A stretch of DNA of 64,000 bases from contig CAWKAR010000022.1 in the NCBI GenBank assembly GCA_963847625.1, positions 1 through 64,000 of the forward strand, written 5' to 3'. The notes beneath the pieces are model-generated. The model made no database searches. It saw nothing but the letters and a program-made list of their open reading frames with translations, and had not been told where the DNA came from. A program made the translations under genes and the position numbers. Source of the stretch: a candidate division FCPU426 bacterium. GTDB taxonomy: Bacteria; Oederibacteriota; Muellerivitia; Muellerivitales; Muellerivitaceae. Shown one piece after another: positions 17,921-27,192 of the stretch (positions are counted from its first letter, which is position 1; the number at the start of each line of letters is the position of its first letter).

Positions 17921-19333
17921 TTACAAATCCCTGAACCCGATACCGCCTTCGCGGCGCTTTTTAACGATCTTTTTATAATCTTCCTCCAAATTGAGTTCTT
18001 TTAATTTCCAAATGAGGGTATTGCGGTGTAGCCCCAGGGTGGCGGCGGTTCGGGTCTGGTTTCCCCTGGTCCGTTCCAGGACTTTGCGGATGTATTGGCG
18101 TTCAAATTGACGGCGAACCCTCCGAAGTGAAATCTTCGCTTCTGCCTTTGTTTTTGCCAAATCAATTTGCTTTACCAGGATGTCCAAGGGAATATCTTCG
18201 AGGGCAAGGTTATCCTTGCCGGCAAATATTGTCATCATTTCGATACTGTTTTGCAGTTCCGTCAAGTTTCCGGGCCAGTTGTATCCGGTTAAAAAACGAA
18301 CAGCGTCTTTATGAATATTTTTAACCGGTATTTTGGCTTTTTGGTTTGCCACTTTCAGAAAATGATCGATCAACCCTGGAATGTCTTCACGACGATCCCT
18401 CAAGGGCGGTACCAGGATGGAATAGGAACTTAAAAATTGGTAAAAATCTTTTCTAAACCGCCCGGCTTCAACCTCGGGAATTAAATCAACCTCGCAGGAA
18501 GCGATGACCCTAAAATCCAGTGATATTGCCATCGGGCCATTTCCCCTGTTGAGCTTTCTTTCCAAAAAAATTTTTGTCATCTCCCCCTGGGTTTCCAGAG
18601 GAAGGCGTTCCACTTTTTCCAGATAGAGAGTCCCTTTTTCCGCAAACTCCAGCTTCCCGATTTGGGCCGATTTATTTTTTTCCTCATCCCCTTCCTGCCC
18701 GAATAATTCGACGTTTAATTGGCCTCTTGACAAGGCACCGCAAGGGATGACCACAAAAGACTCATTTTGCCGCTGGCTTTGCCGATGGATTTCCTGGGCC
18801 ACATCCTCATTCCCGCTCCCCATTTCCCCCCGAATCAGGACCGGTGCGTCCGCCATGGCAATTTCCTTGATTCTCCTCAGAACTTCCCGAATAACCTTGC
18901 TGTTTCCGATTAGGCTCACCGGTGTTTGTGAAAAGCATTCACCCTTCAAAAAGCGGTTTTCCCTTTCGATGGCCCTCTTGTTCAAGACTCGTTTGATTAT
19001 TTCCAGGAGTTCATTCACTTGAAAAGGCTTGCTGATGTAATCGCAAGCTCCAAGTTTCATGGCTTCCAACGCTGTGTCAACGTTTTGTAAAGCCGTTACC
19101 ATAATGACCTCCAACGATTCATCACGGCGTTTGATCTGGCGCAGGAGGTCGATACCGGAATCATCCGGCAACATGAGATCCAAGAGGCAAAGGTTAAAGG
19201 CCGTTGATTTTAGTATCCGGAGGGTGGATTTGGCATCCTCGGCGAAAACCAGGTCATACTCCTCTTCCAGAATCAATTGAAGGGAATCCCGGGAGCTTTC
19301 CTCAGCATCAACAATTAACAGGGTGGGTTTCAA
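17921..19333 (-). CDS. NtrC/AtoC-family regulator (receiver-AAA-Fis HTH) with degenerate ATPase motifs
   Basis: Domain order is intact (GRFRKDFY, YNWPGNLTEL, GNQTRTAATLGLHRNTL). Walker A reads GEMGSGNE, GAFTGA is absent and Walker B reads LYLEK. Confidence 0.88.
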   Translation of the reverse strand: MKPTLLIVDAEESSRDSLQLILEEEYDLVFAEDAKSTLRILKSTAFNLCLLDLMLPDDSGIDLLRQIKRRDESLEVIMVTALQNVDTALEAMKLGACDYISKPFQVNELLEIIKRVLNKRAIERENRFLKGECFSQTPVSLIGNSKVIREVLRRIKEIAMADAPVLIRGEMGSGNEDVAQEIHRQSQRQNESFVVIPCGALSRGQLNVELFGQEGDEEKNKSAQIGKLEFAEKGTLYLEKVERLPLETQGEMTKIFLERKLNRGNGPMAISLDFRVIASCEVDLIPEVEAGRFRKDFYQFLSSYSILVPPLRDRREDIPGLIDHFLKVANQKAKIPVKNIHKDAVRFLTGYNWPGNLTELQNSIEMMTIFAGKDNLALEDIPLDILVKQIDLAKTKAEAKISLRRVRRQFERQYIRKVLERTRGNQTRTAATLGLHRNTLIWKLKELNLEEDYKKIVKKRREGGIGFRDL

Positions 19334-19461
19334 TCGTTTTTCCTATGCAGAACGTTTAACCTATGTTATCCGCTATTTTTATATTTTTTTAAAGTGTTTA
19401 TCCATCCGATTGGGGGATTAAATTAAACCCGGAAGTTACTCGGTCTTATGACTTTCATTCC

Positions 19462-20409
19462 TCAAATCGATTGGACCAAAAAACCGCAAAAAGGCGCCAA
19501 CTCCTCCCGGAGCTTTTTATCCTTCTGCATTCTGAAAAATAAAAAAAGGTATTCCCCCGCTAATCCGCAATGATTTCCGAAGTAAAATCTTGCCTTTTCT
19601 ACAATCTTTGCGTACTGGCTCGGGGTTAATGTTTCTTTTTCAGGTTTATCAAACCTTAATGAAGGGAAAAAACGTTTCATGGCCCTTAAAACCCATCGAT
19701 CCACCGGAAAAGCTGATAACTGTTCCATGGAAAAAAGCAGGATACAATCGGCGATTTTGGGACCGATACCATCAAAGGTCATCAGTATTTTCCGGGCTTC
19801 ATCGCAAGGAAGGTTTTTCATATTCTCAAGGTCAACTGACCTATTATGCACTGCCCGGGCTAAACGGATGATCCGGTCGGCTCGAGCCCTGTAATTATTG
19901 GTAAAAGGTTTTAAAACATCGGGAGAAAGATGGGCCAAGTCTCTTGATTCCGGAAATGCCTTGTAACCTCTGTCACCCGATAGGGGTTTACCGAATTTCG
20001 AGCAAAACCGGTCAAGAGCATGGCGGATGACTTCCACGGATAAGCCTTGGGCAAACATGTAAGAAACCGCGCATTCCCAAGGTTCTTGCCGAAGAAGCCG
20101 TAACCCTTTCAGCGCTAAGAATGGTTGAACCATCTCAGGCAGTGAGGCGATTTCCTTTAAACTTTCATGGAAACCATCATCCAAGTTCAAGTAACGGCAT
20201 AGCCAGTCTCCGGGGGATTCGCCTCGCACAAGGGAAATATTGCATTTCCATTGCAGGTGATTCCCCATTTGACGGACTTTCCATAAAGCCTGACCAACTA
20301 CCCCCTCAAACCAACCATTGGCATCAGGCCCAACCCACCGAAAACACTGTCCGCATAATAATGTCAAAGGGAGGGAAAAAGGGCCCGACCAAGTTAAATG
20401 TCCTTCCAT
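19462..20409 (-). CDS. 8-oxoguanine DNA glycosylase (OGG_N + HhH-GPD)
   Basis: Motifs TLLCGQCFRW, GLRLLRQEPWE, GIGPKIADCILLF and FPVDRWV are present. Confidence 0.88.
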   Translation of the reverse strand: MEGHLTWSGPFSLPLTLLCGQCFRWVGPDANGWFEGVVGQALWKVRQMGNHLQWKCNISLVRGESPGDWLCRYLNLDDGFHESLKEIASLPEMVQPFLALKGLRLLRQEPWECAVSYMFAQGLSVEVIRHALDRFCSKFGKPLSGDRGYKAFPESRDLAHLSPDVLKPFTNNYRARADRIIRLARAVHNRSVDLENMKNLPCDEARKILMTFDGIGPKIADCILLFSMEQLSAFPVDRWVLRAMKRFFPSLRFDKPEKETLTPSQYAKIVEKARFYFGNHCGLAGEYLFLFFRMQKDKKLREELAPFCGFLVQSI

Positions 20410-20416
20410 CTTTCTT

Positions 20417-20779
20417 TTATTCCATCTTTCGGTAATAGAACCAACCGGCAATCGTTATAGCGGCTAAGAGGATCAGGGCTTGGGCGTTCCAACGGCCTAA
20501 AACCACGTATACTAGTTGATCAACAACAAAATATAAGCTGATTCCCCAAACGGCTTTTTTGCGCATCATCCACAACCCCCCCAAACAAAGGATCAAGAAT
20601 AATGTGGATAGGGATAAATAAATCGGATACCAGGGCGCAACCGCTGCAGCCGGGGGGGAAATGACCATCAAGATTCTCAGGAAGCATCCGATGAAGCCAA
20701 AGGTACAGAGAATATTCAAAAAAGGTGGTGTGGGTTGTCTCATTTTGTATTCCGGCTTTCTATTGGCCATTTCAAGCAT
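20417..20779 (-). CDS. Small 4-TM membrane protein
   Basis: 120 aa with four hydrophobic segments. Confidence 0.6.
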   Translation of the reverse strand: MLEMANRKPEYKMRQPTPPFLNILCTFGFIGCFLRILMVISPPAAAVAPWYPIYLSLSTLFLILCLGGLWMMRKKAVWGISLYFVVDQLVYVVLGRWNAQALILLAAITIAGWFYYRKME

Positions 20780-20872
20780 GGCATGGGGATTTTGCCTTAA
20801 ATTAAAGAAAAAACCAAGTTTCGACTGTAGAAATGCATTAAAATGCCGTTAATCAATTCATAGAGGTTCCTA

Positions 20873-21880
20873 TTGAGAAAAATACCGCTGGCTTTCTTAA
20901 TCTTTTTCGCATTTTGCGAACTGACTGGTTGTTCGAGCTCCCCGACCAGCCCGGGAGGAAGCGGTGGTTCCTGGCAGGAAGCCACTGACAACGCTTTTTC
21001 CTCCGGCCGTTACGGGCTGGCCGGCACGGTTTATAACGGCTCCATGTGGGCAGTCGGAGGCGCCTCCGGTAGCGGAACCACCCAATTCTACGGCGATGTA
21101 TATTCCTCCGGAAACGGGTCCAATTGGACTACAACAAAAAGTGACAATGACAATTATTTCGGCAAGAGGTACGGGGCCCAACTCGTTTCCTTCAATGGAT
21201 TGCTTTGGCTGATCGGCGGAAATAACAAGGGCACTTTGAAAAATGACGTCTGGAATTCAAGCGATGGTGCAACTTGGACACCCGTCACCATCACCAGTCC
21301 AACGATGTTTTCCGGCCGCGAGGATTTTTCAGCGGTCGTGTTGAACGGCGCCATGTATGTCATCGGGGGTTGGGATGGGGGTTCGCAAAATGATGTTTGG
21401 AGTTCCACTGACGGGGCCAACTGGATCCAGGTCCTACCCAGCGGCCCGGCGTCTCCCACTCAATTCGGGCCTCGCTGGGGTTTCGCATCAGTTGTTTACA
21501 ACAACTTGATTTGGGTATTCGCCGGCGCTAAAAACGGGCCGAATCCTACCGCCCCCTTGTTTGAAGATGTGTGGTCTTCGCCCGACGGAGCCAACTGGTC
21601 ACTGGTTTCTTCAACTGGCGATCCCCTCTATTACCACCAAATGGTTGTTAATAATAACCAAATGGTTTTTTCGGGAGGAAGGTGCTTGCCCTGTGAAATT
21701 GCACCTCAGATCTGGGTCTACGGGACAAGCGACTGGACGCATTATACCCAATACACAAACTTGCCCACGGCCCGCTTCGGGCACCTGAGCCTTTCATTCA
21801 ACAACGAAATTTGGATCATCGGCGGCTGCAACAACTATGATGGGCTTGTTTATTACAATGATGTTTGGCATCTTCCATAA
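20873..21880 (+). CDS. Kelch-like beta-propeller lipoprotein
   Basis: Lipobox LTGC. Repeated W-x-x-GG...NDVWSSxDGxNW units. Confidence 0.8.
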   Translation: MRKIPLAFLIFFAFCELTGCSSSPTSPGGSGGSWQEATDNAFSSGRYGLAGTVYNGSMWAVGGASGSGTTQFYGDVYSSGNGSNWTTTKSDNDNYFGKRYGAQLVSFNGLLWLIGGNNKGTLKNDVWNSSDGATWTPVTITSPTMFSGREDFSAVVLNGAMYVIGGWDGGSQNDVWSSTDGANWIQVLPSGPASPTQFGPRWGFASVVYNNLIWVFAGAKNGPNPTAPLFEDVWSSPDGANWSLVSSTGDPLYYHQMVVNNNQMVFSGGRCLPCEIAPQIWVYGTSDWTHYTQYTNLPTARFGHLSLSFNNEIWIIGGCNNYDGLVYYNDVWHLP

Positions 21881-21902
21881 AATCGGATGATGAAATAAAT
21901 CT

Positions 21903-22085
21903 TTAGCCCCTCCGTTTCCTTTTTCTTCTTTCCCTTTTCCTTCTTGGATCTTTCAGGACCCTCGGATTTTCCCGATGGGGCCCCATCCATCTTCTTTCAT
22001 CCTTCCGTCTCTCATCTTTTTTGCGGTCCACAATTGGGGAGTCAATTAAGTTAAGTTTTATAAGTATTTTCTTAAGCCAGCCCAT
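21903..22085 (-). CDS. Small basic protein with (D/E)RR repeats
   Basis: SD AAGGAG + ATG. Sequence DRKKDERRKDERR...DPRRKRERR. Confidence 0.55.
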   Translation of the reverse strand: MGWLKKILIKLNLIDSPIVDRKKDERRKDERRWMGPHRENPRVLKDPRRKRERRKRKRRG

Positions 22086-22148
22086 AATATCTCCTTGGGG
22101 ATGAGGTAAATTCAAGAGAAACTTGTACGGATTTTTTATTTCTTATAG

Positions 22149-22247
22149 GTACCCACGGGCATAGCCCGTGGTACTAAAATCAAAATTCAAGCTTTGCTTG
22201 CCGTGCTTTCAACCCGGTGGCCTTTCACCCACGGGCGAAGCCCGTGG
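22149..22247. repeat. Pair of CCCACGGGC-NNA-GCCCGTGG hairpins (REP / IS200-IS605-end-like)
   Basis: Near-identical hairpins at 22151-22171 and 22227-22247. Confidence 0.75.
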
Positions 22248-22580
22248 AACTCAAAGCGGCCTGATTAGATTCCCCGGGACCCATACTGCCAATCAGTTTT
22301 TTAGTGAGTAAACAAAAAAATCATTATTCGAAACACAATCACTGAAAACAGCATTATTAAACCGGGTCAAGAAAACAACACTTTTAATTTTTTGGCCAAA
22401 ATAAATGAAAAAAAACTTACAACTACTAGTTAAGAACTTAACGTTTATTCCTATATTTCTTGTAATGCATGTTGAAATTTAAACATAAAGGTAATTTTAA
22501 CGAGAAACTAATCAAAGTTTCTTCCGGGAATCTTAACATTAAACTAAAACCATTAATAACAACAAACTTACCCCCTCATC

Positions 22581-22596
22581 CGGCACAGAAAATGCA
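22581..22596 (+). promoter_or_regulatory. Candidate sigma54 promoter CGGCAC-N5-ATGCA
   Basis: GG-N10-GC spacing within a long AT-rich intergenic region. Confidence 0.35.
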
Positions 22597-22792
22597 GATT
22601 TAATTTAGTGGATTTTAATTCTCCCCCTTCTCCAAGGGTAATTGAAGTTACCCTTCATTCCTTAAAAAACCTTTCTTTAATTTTACGGTCTTCTGAAAAA
22701 AACCTAAAAAAGCTTCTGATACACACAGATTAAAGAGTTTCCTTTATTACTTGTTACTGGATCCAGGAACTCGGCCCACTTTGGAGGACTTA

Positions 22793-23122
22793 ATGCGGTT
22801 TATTGTACGAATCCCGGAATTGGATTCCGCCCTTTACGAGAGTGATGGGCGTGAATCTCACGAGGAACTTTTCCATCTGGTCGGGAAACTATTCCGTTCT
22901 GGGAAGTTGGTGGATGGCGGTTTGTTGGCTGACGACCGGGGTGGGTTTCTTTTAATGGAGGCTGACTCCTGCTCCGAACATGAGGCCCTTCTCAAGGCCA
23001 CTTTTGATTCCAGCCGCTACCACGTGGAAAGCCACCCTATCCTTTCGCTTTCAAATTTAAAGGACCTTTTTAAGAATCTTGCGGATACCCAAGATCCGCT
23101 AAAACCCAGGTTTTCAAACTAA
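22793..23122 (+). CDS. Small YCII/muconolactone-isomerase-like protein
   Basis: SD GGAGG + ATG. Dimeric alpha-beta-barrel-like pattern GKLVDGGLLADDRGGFLLMEADS...HPI. Confidence 0.55.
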   Translation: MRFIVRIPELDSALYESDGRESHEELFHLVGKLFRSGKLVDGGLLADDRGGFLLMEADSCSEHEALLKATFDSSRYHVESHPILSLSNLKDLFKNLADTQDPLKPRFSN

Positions 23123-23327
23123 ATAGTCTGTCCTTCATGACCCGCTGAATCGAATATACCAATCCCATCATTTCATCCATGACCGCCCAGATCCGATTTG
23201 AAATAAAACCTTCAATACGAGCCATATACAAATTCAAATGAGCGGGCCGTTTTTATGTTAAAGTCATTACTGGATAGATGAAACCATTGGCTAGGCTTTT
23301 TACACTTTAGCCGTTTCAGGAGGAATT

Positions 23328-23663
23328 ATGGCTGACTCCCGTTATCTCAAACTCACCGGTAATTATTACTTTGACCCCATTCGCAAGGAAATACTTAAAA
23401 AGCAAGGGGGTCAATTCGCGCTCGTACTTCATGACCGCCGGCGATTCAACCAACCCGTGGTCAAAGACCGCCGAAGCCGCTATGAATCCCTTCCAATCCA
23501 CTTGAAGCCGATGGCTCGGGGTCTTTTTTGGGACGAGGAAAATATGAACGTCTATCGTAAAATCAAAGATAACTTTGTTCTTTACTCCAGGGACCGCCGT
23601 AAGGCGCTAAGCTCCAGCCCGATCGGATTGAACCGTCGAAATCCCGCCAAAAAACCCAAGTGA
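23328..23663 (+). CDS. Hypothetical protein with internal duplication and DRR motifs
   Basis: SD AGGAGG. YYFDP..KEILKK...FALVLHDRRR is repeated as LFWDE..MNVYRK...FVLYSRDRRK. Confidence 0.65.
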   Translation: MADSRYLKLTGNYYFDPIRKEILKKQGGQFALVLHDRRRFNQPVVKDRRSRYESLPIHLKPMARGLFWDEENMNVYRKIKDNFVLYSRDRRKALSSSPIGLNRRNPAKKPK

Positions 23664-23726
23664 TTCACTTTTGATACCGGATTTTGTCTTTTATTGGAAT
23701 GGCTTTTAAAACTGAATAAAGCAAGC

Positions 23727-24578
23727 TCATTTTACCAGCATGAGGAAGGCGCCCACCCGGCCCGTAGCCCGTTGCGCGGAAGTTTCGGCGCGGTGGGAAT
23801 AAAAAAGGCCGATATTCTCGATGGTGCAAAGCTTAGGGCGGATAAGGTTCTCCGGTTTTAAGCCGATTTCCACAAGCTGTCTGGCGTTTGCTTCCGGAAG
23901 GTCCAGCTTCCATTGCATTTCCCCGCATTTCCGCAAGACTTCCCCGCCCCAGGGAAAAACGCACCCCAGTTCGGTCTTCACGTTCTCACCAACTTCGTAG
24001 CAACAGGGCCCAACGCAAGGCCCCATCGCGGCGCGGACTTCCCCGGGCCTGGTTCCAAAGGCTTCGGACATGGCTAAAAGGGTCTTGGCGGCCACGTGGC
24101 CGACCGTGCCCCTCCAACCTGCGTGGGCCAAACCGATGGCTTTATGGGTGGGGTCGTAAAAAAAGACCGGCAGGCAGTCCGCGACGAGAATGGCCAGGGG
24201 AATGCCCGGTTCCGAGGTGATCAAACCGTCCCCGTCGCCCAATAATTCCCCGACTTTTGGCCAATTGGATAAATTAACTTTCAGGACCTTGTTCCCGTGA
24301 ACTTGGTTGACCTGGACGAGCCGGCTCAAGTCCATATCTAGGGCATAGGAAAGAAGCATCCGGTTTTCTTTCACCCTCAGGGGTTCGTCCCCCACACGAT
24401 AACTCAAGTTGAGTGAATCGTAAGGTCCCCGGCTGACGCCCCCCACACGCGTGGAAACCGCGTGTTTGACGACCCTGGAGTCGGCCAAACGGGGAAAAGT
24501 GAGGGTGACCACACCCCCGTTTTCGGTTTTGACGGTCTCAGCGCCGAGCTTGGCGGTTTTCAAGATTCCCCTCCGCAT
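23727..24578 (-). CDS. pgeF: Peptidoglycan editing factor PgeF/YfiH
   Basis: Motifs STRVGGVS, NQVHG, ADCLPV, HAGWRG, GPCCYEVG and FYSHR are present. Confidence 0.92.
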   Translation of the reverse strand: MRRGILKTAKLGAETVKTENGGVVTLTFPRLADSRVVKHAVSTRVGGVSRGPYDSLNLSYRVGDEPLRVKENRMLLSYALDMDLSRLVQVNQVHGNKVLKVNLSNWPKVGELLGDGDGLITSEPGIPLAILVADCLPVFFYDPTHKAIGLAHAGWRGTVGHVAAKTLLAMSEAFGTRPGEVRAAMGPCVGPCCYEVGENVKTELGCVFPWGGEVLRKCGEMQWKLDLPEANARQLVEIGLKPENLIRPKLCTIENIGLFYSHRAETSAQRATGRVGAFLMLVK

Positions 24579-25953
24579 TTCCCTCTACCAGGTCCCGATA
24601 ATCCAGGATCCCATCGGCAATGGATCCAGCGATCTGGTCCCTCCAATAGGGGTCACGAAGTTTGATTTCTTCTCTTTGGTTGCTGATAAACGCCGTTTCG
24701 ATGAGAATCGAAGGCATGTCCACCCGGCATAGGACGTAAAAGGGGGCCTGTTGTACACGCCTCAGTTGTTGTCCTAACCTTTTTTTTATTTGTTCTTCGA
24801 CTTTATCAGCTAAATCGTAACTGCGTCTTACATAAATTCTTTGATGAAGATCGTTTAGTAGTGAGCCCGTATAATCTCTTCGCCCATTTTCCCGTCTAGC
24901 TGCGCCTGCCGCGAAATTATTGGAAGCCTTTAATCCATAAACGTAAGTCTCAGTGCCGGTAGCCCGGCTGTGCCGGTTGGAATTGCAATGAATGGAGACA
25001 AAAAGATCAGCTTTATGCCGGTTAGCGAAATCCGTCCGGCCCCTCAGGCTGACGTAATAGTCCGCAGTCCGAGTCATCAAGACTTCCAGTTTAGGATCCT
25101 TTTTTAAGAGCTCCGCCACCCTTCTGGCAATTTCGAGAGTGGCTTGTTTTTCGAAATAATTTCTGTCAAAACCACTAGCGCCGATGTCCCGCCCTCCGTG
25201 GCCGGGATCGATAATGATTCTTCGGACATGAAAAGCCTGGTTGGAAGGAGGCGCTTCTTCCTCAACTTTTCTCGGCACTACAGCAGGTGCGGCGGATTCT
25301 ACGGCTTTTTCACCATTTTCCCCTCCTCCAGAGGGCGTTGATTCGGCTTTTTGAACCGCATTGGAGACCTTTTCCTGGGCTGTTGTCTCGGGTACCGCGG
25401 TTGAAACCGCCACGGTGTCTTTTTCCTTTCCTTGCGCCAAAATTTCATCCCGGATTTCGTCTCTTGGAATTCCACCGACAACCAATGCCTGCTGTTCAGG
25501 TTCCCAACGGGCTAAGACGTTTAATATCGCCATCAAGATATCCACAGCCGCCTCGGGGGGAATACCCAATTGACCCGAAACTACCTCGGCCGGTTCCATA
25601 GGAAAGGCACTAATGGGATCACCAGTTAAAAATACGGGTTGGGAAAGAACGGTCTTGATTTGGCTTTTTCCCTTCCCCAGGGTAACTCTTCGGGTTTGGG
25701 AGTCGAAATTTAGTTGGATTCCATAAAATTGTGCTACATCTTGCAGTGGTAAATATACATTTCCCTTTATATCTTTAAGAAGGACAACCTCGTTTTGATC
25801 CGGCCGGTAGGTATACTTGAGAACCGCGTCTTCTCCGGCGTTGGCGCCAACCGGAAAGATGAAAAAGAGGGGGCCGCAAAGCCACAGAGAAATAAGAAAA
25901 ATTTGAAATGGGTTTTTAACCCACCCTGGGCATTTGTTATTAATAAGCGTCAT
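24538..25953 (-). CDS. N-acetylmuramoyl-L-alanine amidase (Amidase_3) with N-terminal stalk/Cu-amine-oxidase-N-like domain
   Basis: Motifs IIIDPGHGG, EK..TL, FVSIHCNS and PSILIETAF. Signal peptide present. Confidence 0.92.
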   Translation of the reverse strand: MTLINNKCPGWVKNPFQIFLISLWLCGPLFFIFPVGANAGEDAVLKYTYRPDQNEVVLLKDIKGNVYLPLQDVAQFYGIQLNFDSQTRRVTLGKGKSQIKTVLSQPVFLTGDPISAFPMEPAEVVSGQLGIPPEAAVDILMAILNVLARWEPEQQALVVGGIPRDEIRDEILAQGKEKDTVAVSTAVPETTAQEKVSNAVQKAESTPSGGGENGEKAVESAAPAVVPRKVEEEAPPSNQAFHVRRIIIDPGHGGRDIGASGFDRNYFEKQATLEIARRVAELLKKDPKLEVLMTRTADYYVSLRGRTDFANRHKADLFVSIHCNSNRHSRATGTETYVYGLKASNNFAAGAARRENGRRDYTGSLLNDLHQRIYVRRSYDLADKVEEQIKKRLGQQLRRVQQAPFYVLCRVDMPSILIETAFISNQREEIKLRDPYWRDQIAGSIADGILDYRDLVEGNAEGNLENRQARR

Positions 25954-27130
25954 TCGTTTCTTCTTTTTGGACTTTTAGGTTTTTGTGTTTCAACCTGAAA
26001 TACCATGTGTATATCCGGTGGTTTCCCTCGTCGTCCTTGGCCGTCAAGATCAACATGTGTCCTCCCGGCCTCAATTTGGATTTAATCTGGTGGGTCAATA
26101 TTTTCGTCTGGGGGTTGTAACGGAAAACCATTCGATGGTCCCCCAGGTGTAAATCCAGGGAGTCCGGAACAATCTCGTCCAATATTTTCGTGGAGATCTT
26201 AGGAAAAGCGTTCGAAATCACCTCCCCATCGTAGGGAAACATTTTTTCCAAATGAAGCACTTTGGTTTCGAATATTTTCCCGAATTTATCGTGGCCCAGT
26301 GGATAGAGGATCAGGTAGCGGCGCAACTTCAGAGCTGAAACGGTTCTGTCATTCGGGCCCTTATTGACGGTAAAGGCCATTTGATATCCCTTTTCCTGGG
26401 TTTTTTTGACTATGGTATCGTCGTAGACCCCGTATGGGTAAGCCAAGATGGTTGCTTTTCGATTGAATTTTTCACTGATAAAAGATAAGGGTTCGCTCAA
26501 TTCCTCGTCCAGAATCCGGTTGAAATCCGCCGGTTCTCTTTTCTCCTCCTCCAAACCGAGGTTCAAGTGGCTCTTGGTGTGGGATTCCACTGCCATTCCT
26601 TTCCGTTGCATGGCCTCTATTTCCGTGTAACGAAGGGATTTATTCTGTCCCCGGATGAAATCGGTGTAAAGAAAGAGAACCCCCGGATAGCCGAATTTCC
26701 GGAACACGGGATAAGCTTTGTGGTAAATGCTGTTGAACCCGTCGTCGAAAGTCAAAAGAACCGCTTTGTCGGGGAGGGGTTTCCCTTCAAACCAGTATGC
26801 TTTCAATTGTTCGAGCGAAATGGGCACGATCCCGTGTTCCTTCAAGTATTTCATTTGCCAGCTAAATTCGGTCACCGGGAGCCGGTACATCGACAGCGTG
26901 GATTTCTGCCATTCCGGATGTGAAACAAACCGGTGATAGCACAACACCGTGAAGCCGTTGTCCGGCGGCTCCGGCGTAGGCGTGAAAGCAACGGTGGCCT
27001 TGGGCGTTTCCATTGGAGTCGCCTTGAGCAAAGCCTTTTCCCCGGCCAGCGCGGGCGCTAAACTTGCCAGCGCCAACGCCACCGTTCCAATGAAAAAATT
27101 TTGGTTTTTTTTCCGCCGACTTCCCGGCAT
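25940..27130 (-). CDS. Polysaccharide deacetylase (NodB/CE4), secreted
   Basis: Motifs VLCYHRF, LLTFDDG, ESHTKSH and LAYPYG are present. Confidence 0.9.
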   Translation of the reverse strand: MPGSRRKKNQNFFIGTVALALASLAPALAGEKALLKATPMETPKATVAFTPTPEPPDNGFTVLCYHRFVSHPEWQKSTLSMYRLPVTEFSWQMKYLKEHGIVPISLEQLKAYWFEGKPLPDKAVLLTFDDGFNSIYHKAYPVFRKFGYPGVLFLYTDFIRGQNKSLRYTEIEAMQRKGMAVESHTKSHLNLGLEEEKREPADFNRILDEELSEPLSFISEKFNRKATILAYPYGVYDDTIVKKTQEKGYQMAFTVNKGPNDRTVSALKLRRYLILYPLGHDKFGKIFETKVLHLEKMFPYDGEVISNAFPKISTKILDEIVPDSLDLHLGDHRMVFRYNPQTKILTHQIKSKLRPGGHMLILTAKDDEGNHRIYTWYFRLKHKNLKVQKEETNDAY

Positions 27131-27192
27131 TTTCCCCGCCTTTCATCGTCATCCATCACCGCCAGCCCATACTGCAGTCGGCGGCAGTTTCC

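Noticed and set aside
27131..27192. Bridging ORF between ftsZ and the deacetylase
   Set aside because: Only a 4-codon ORF and an out-of-frame run-on are present, with no overlap of the ftsZ stop. The ftsA-ftsZ, ftsQ-ftsA, murF-mraY and mraY-murD spacers also lack a bridge.
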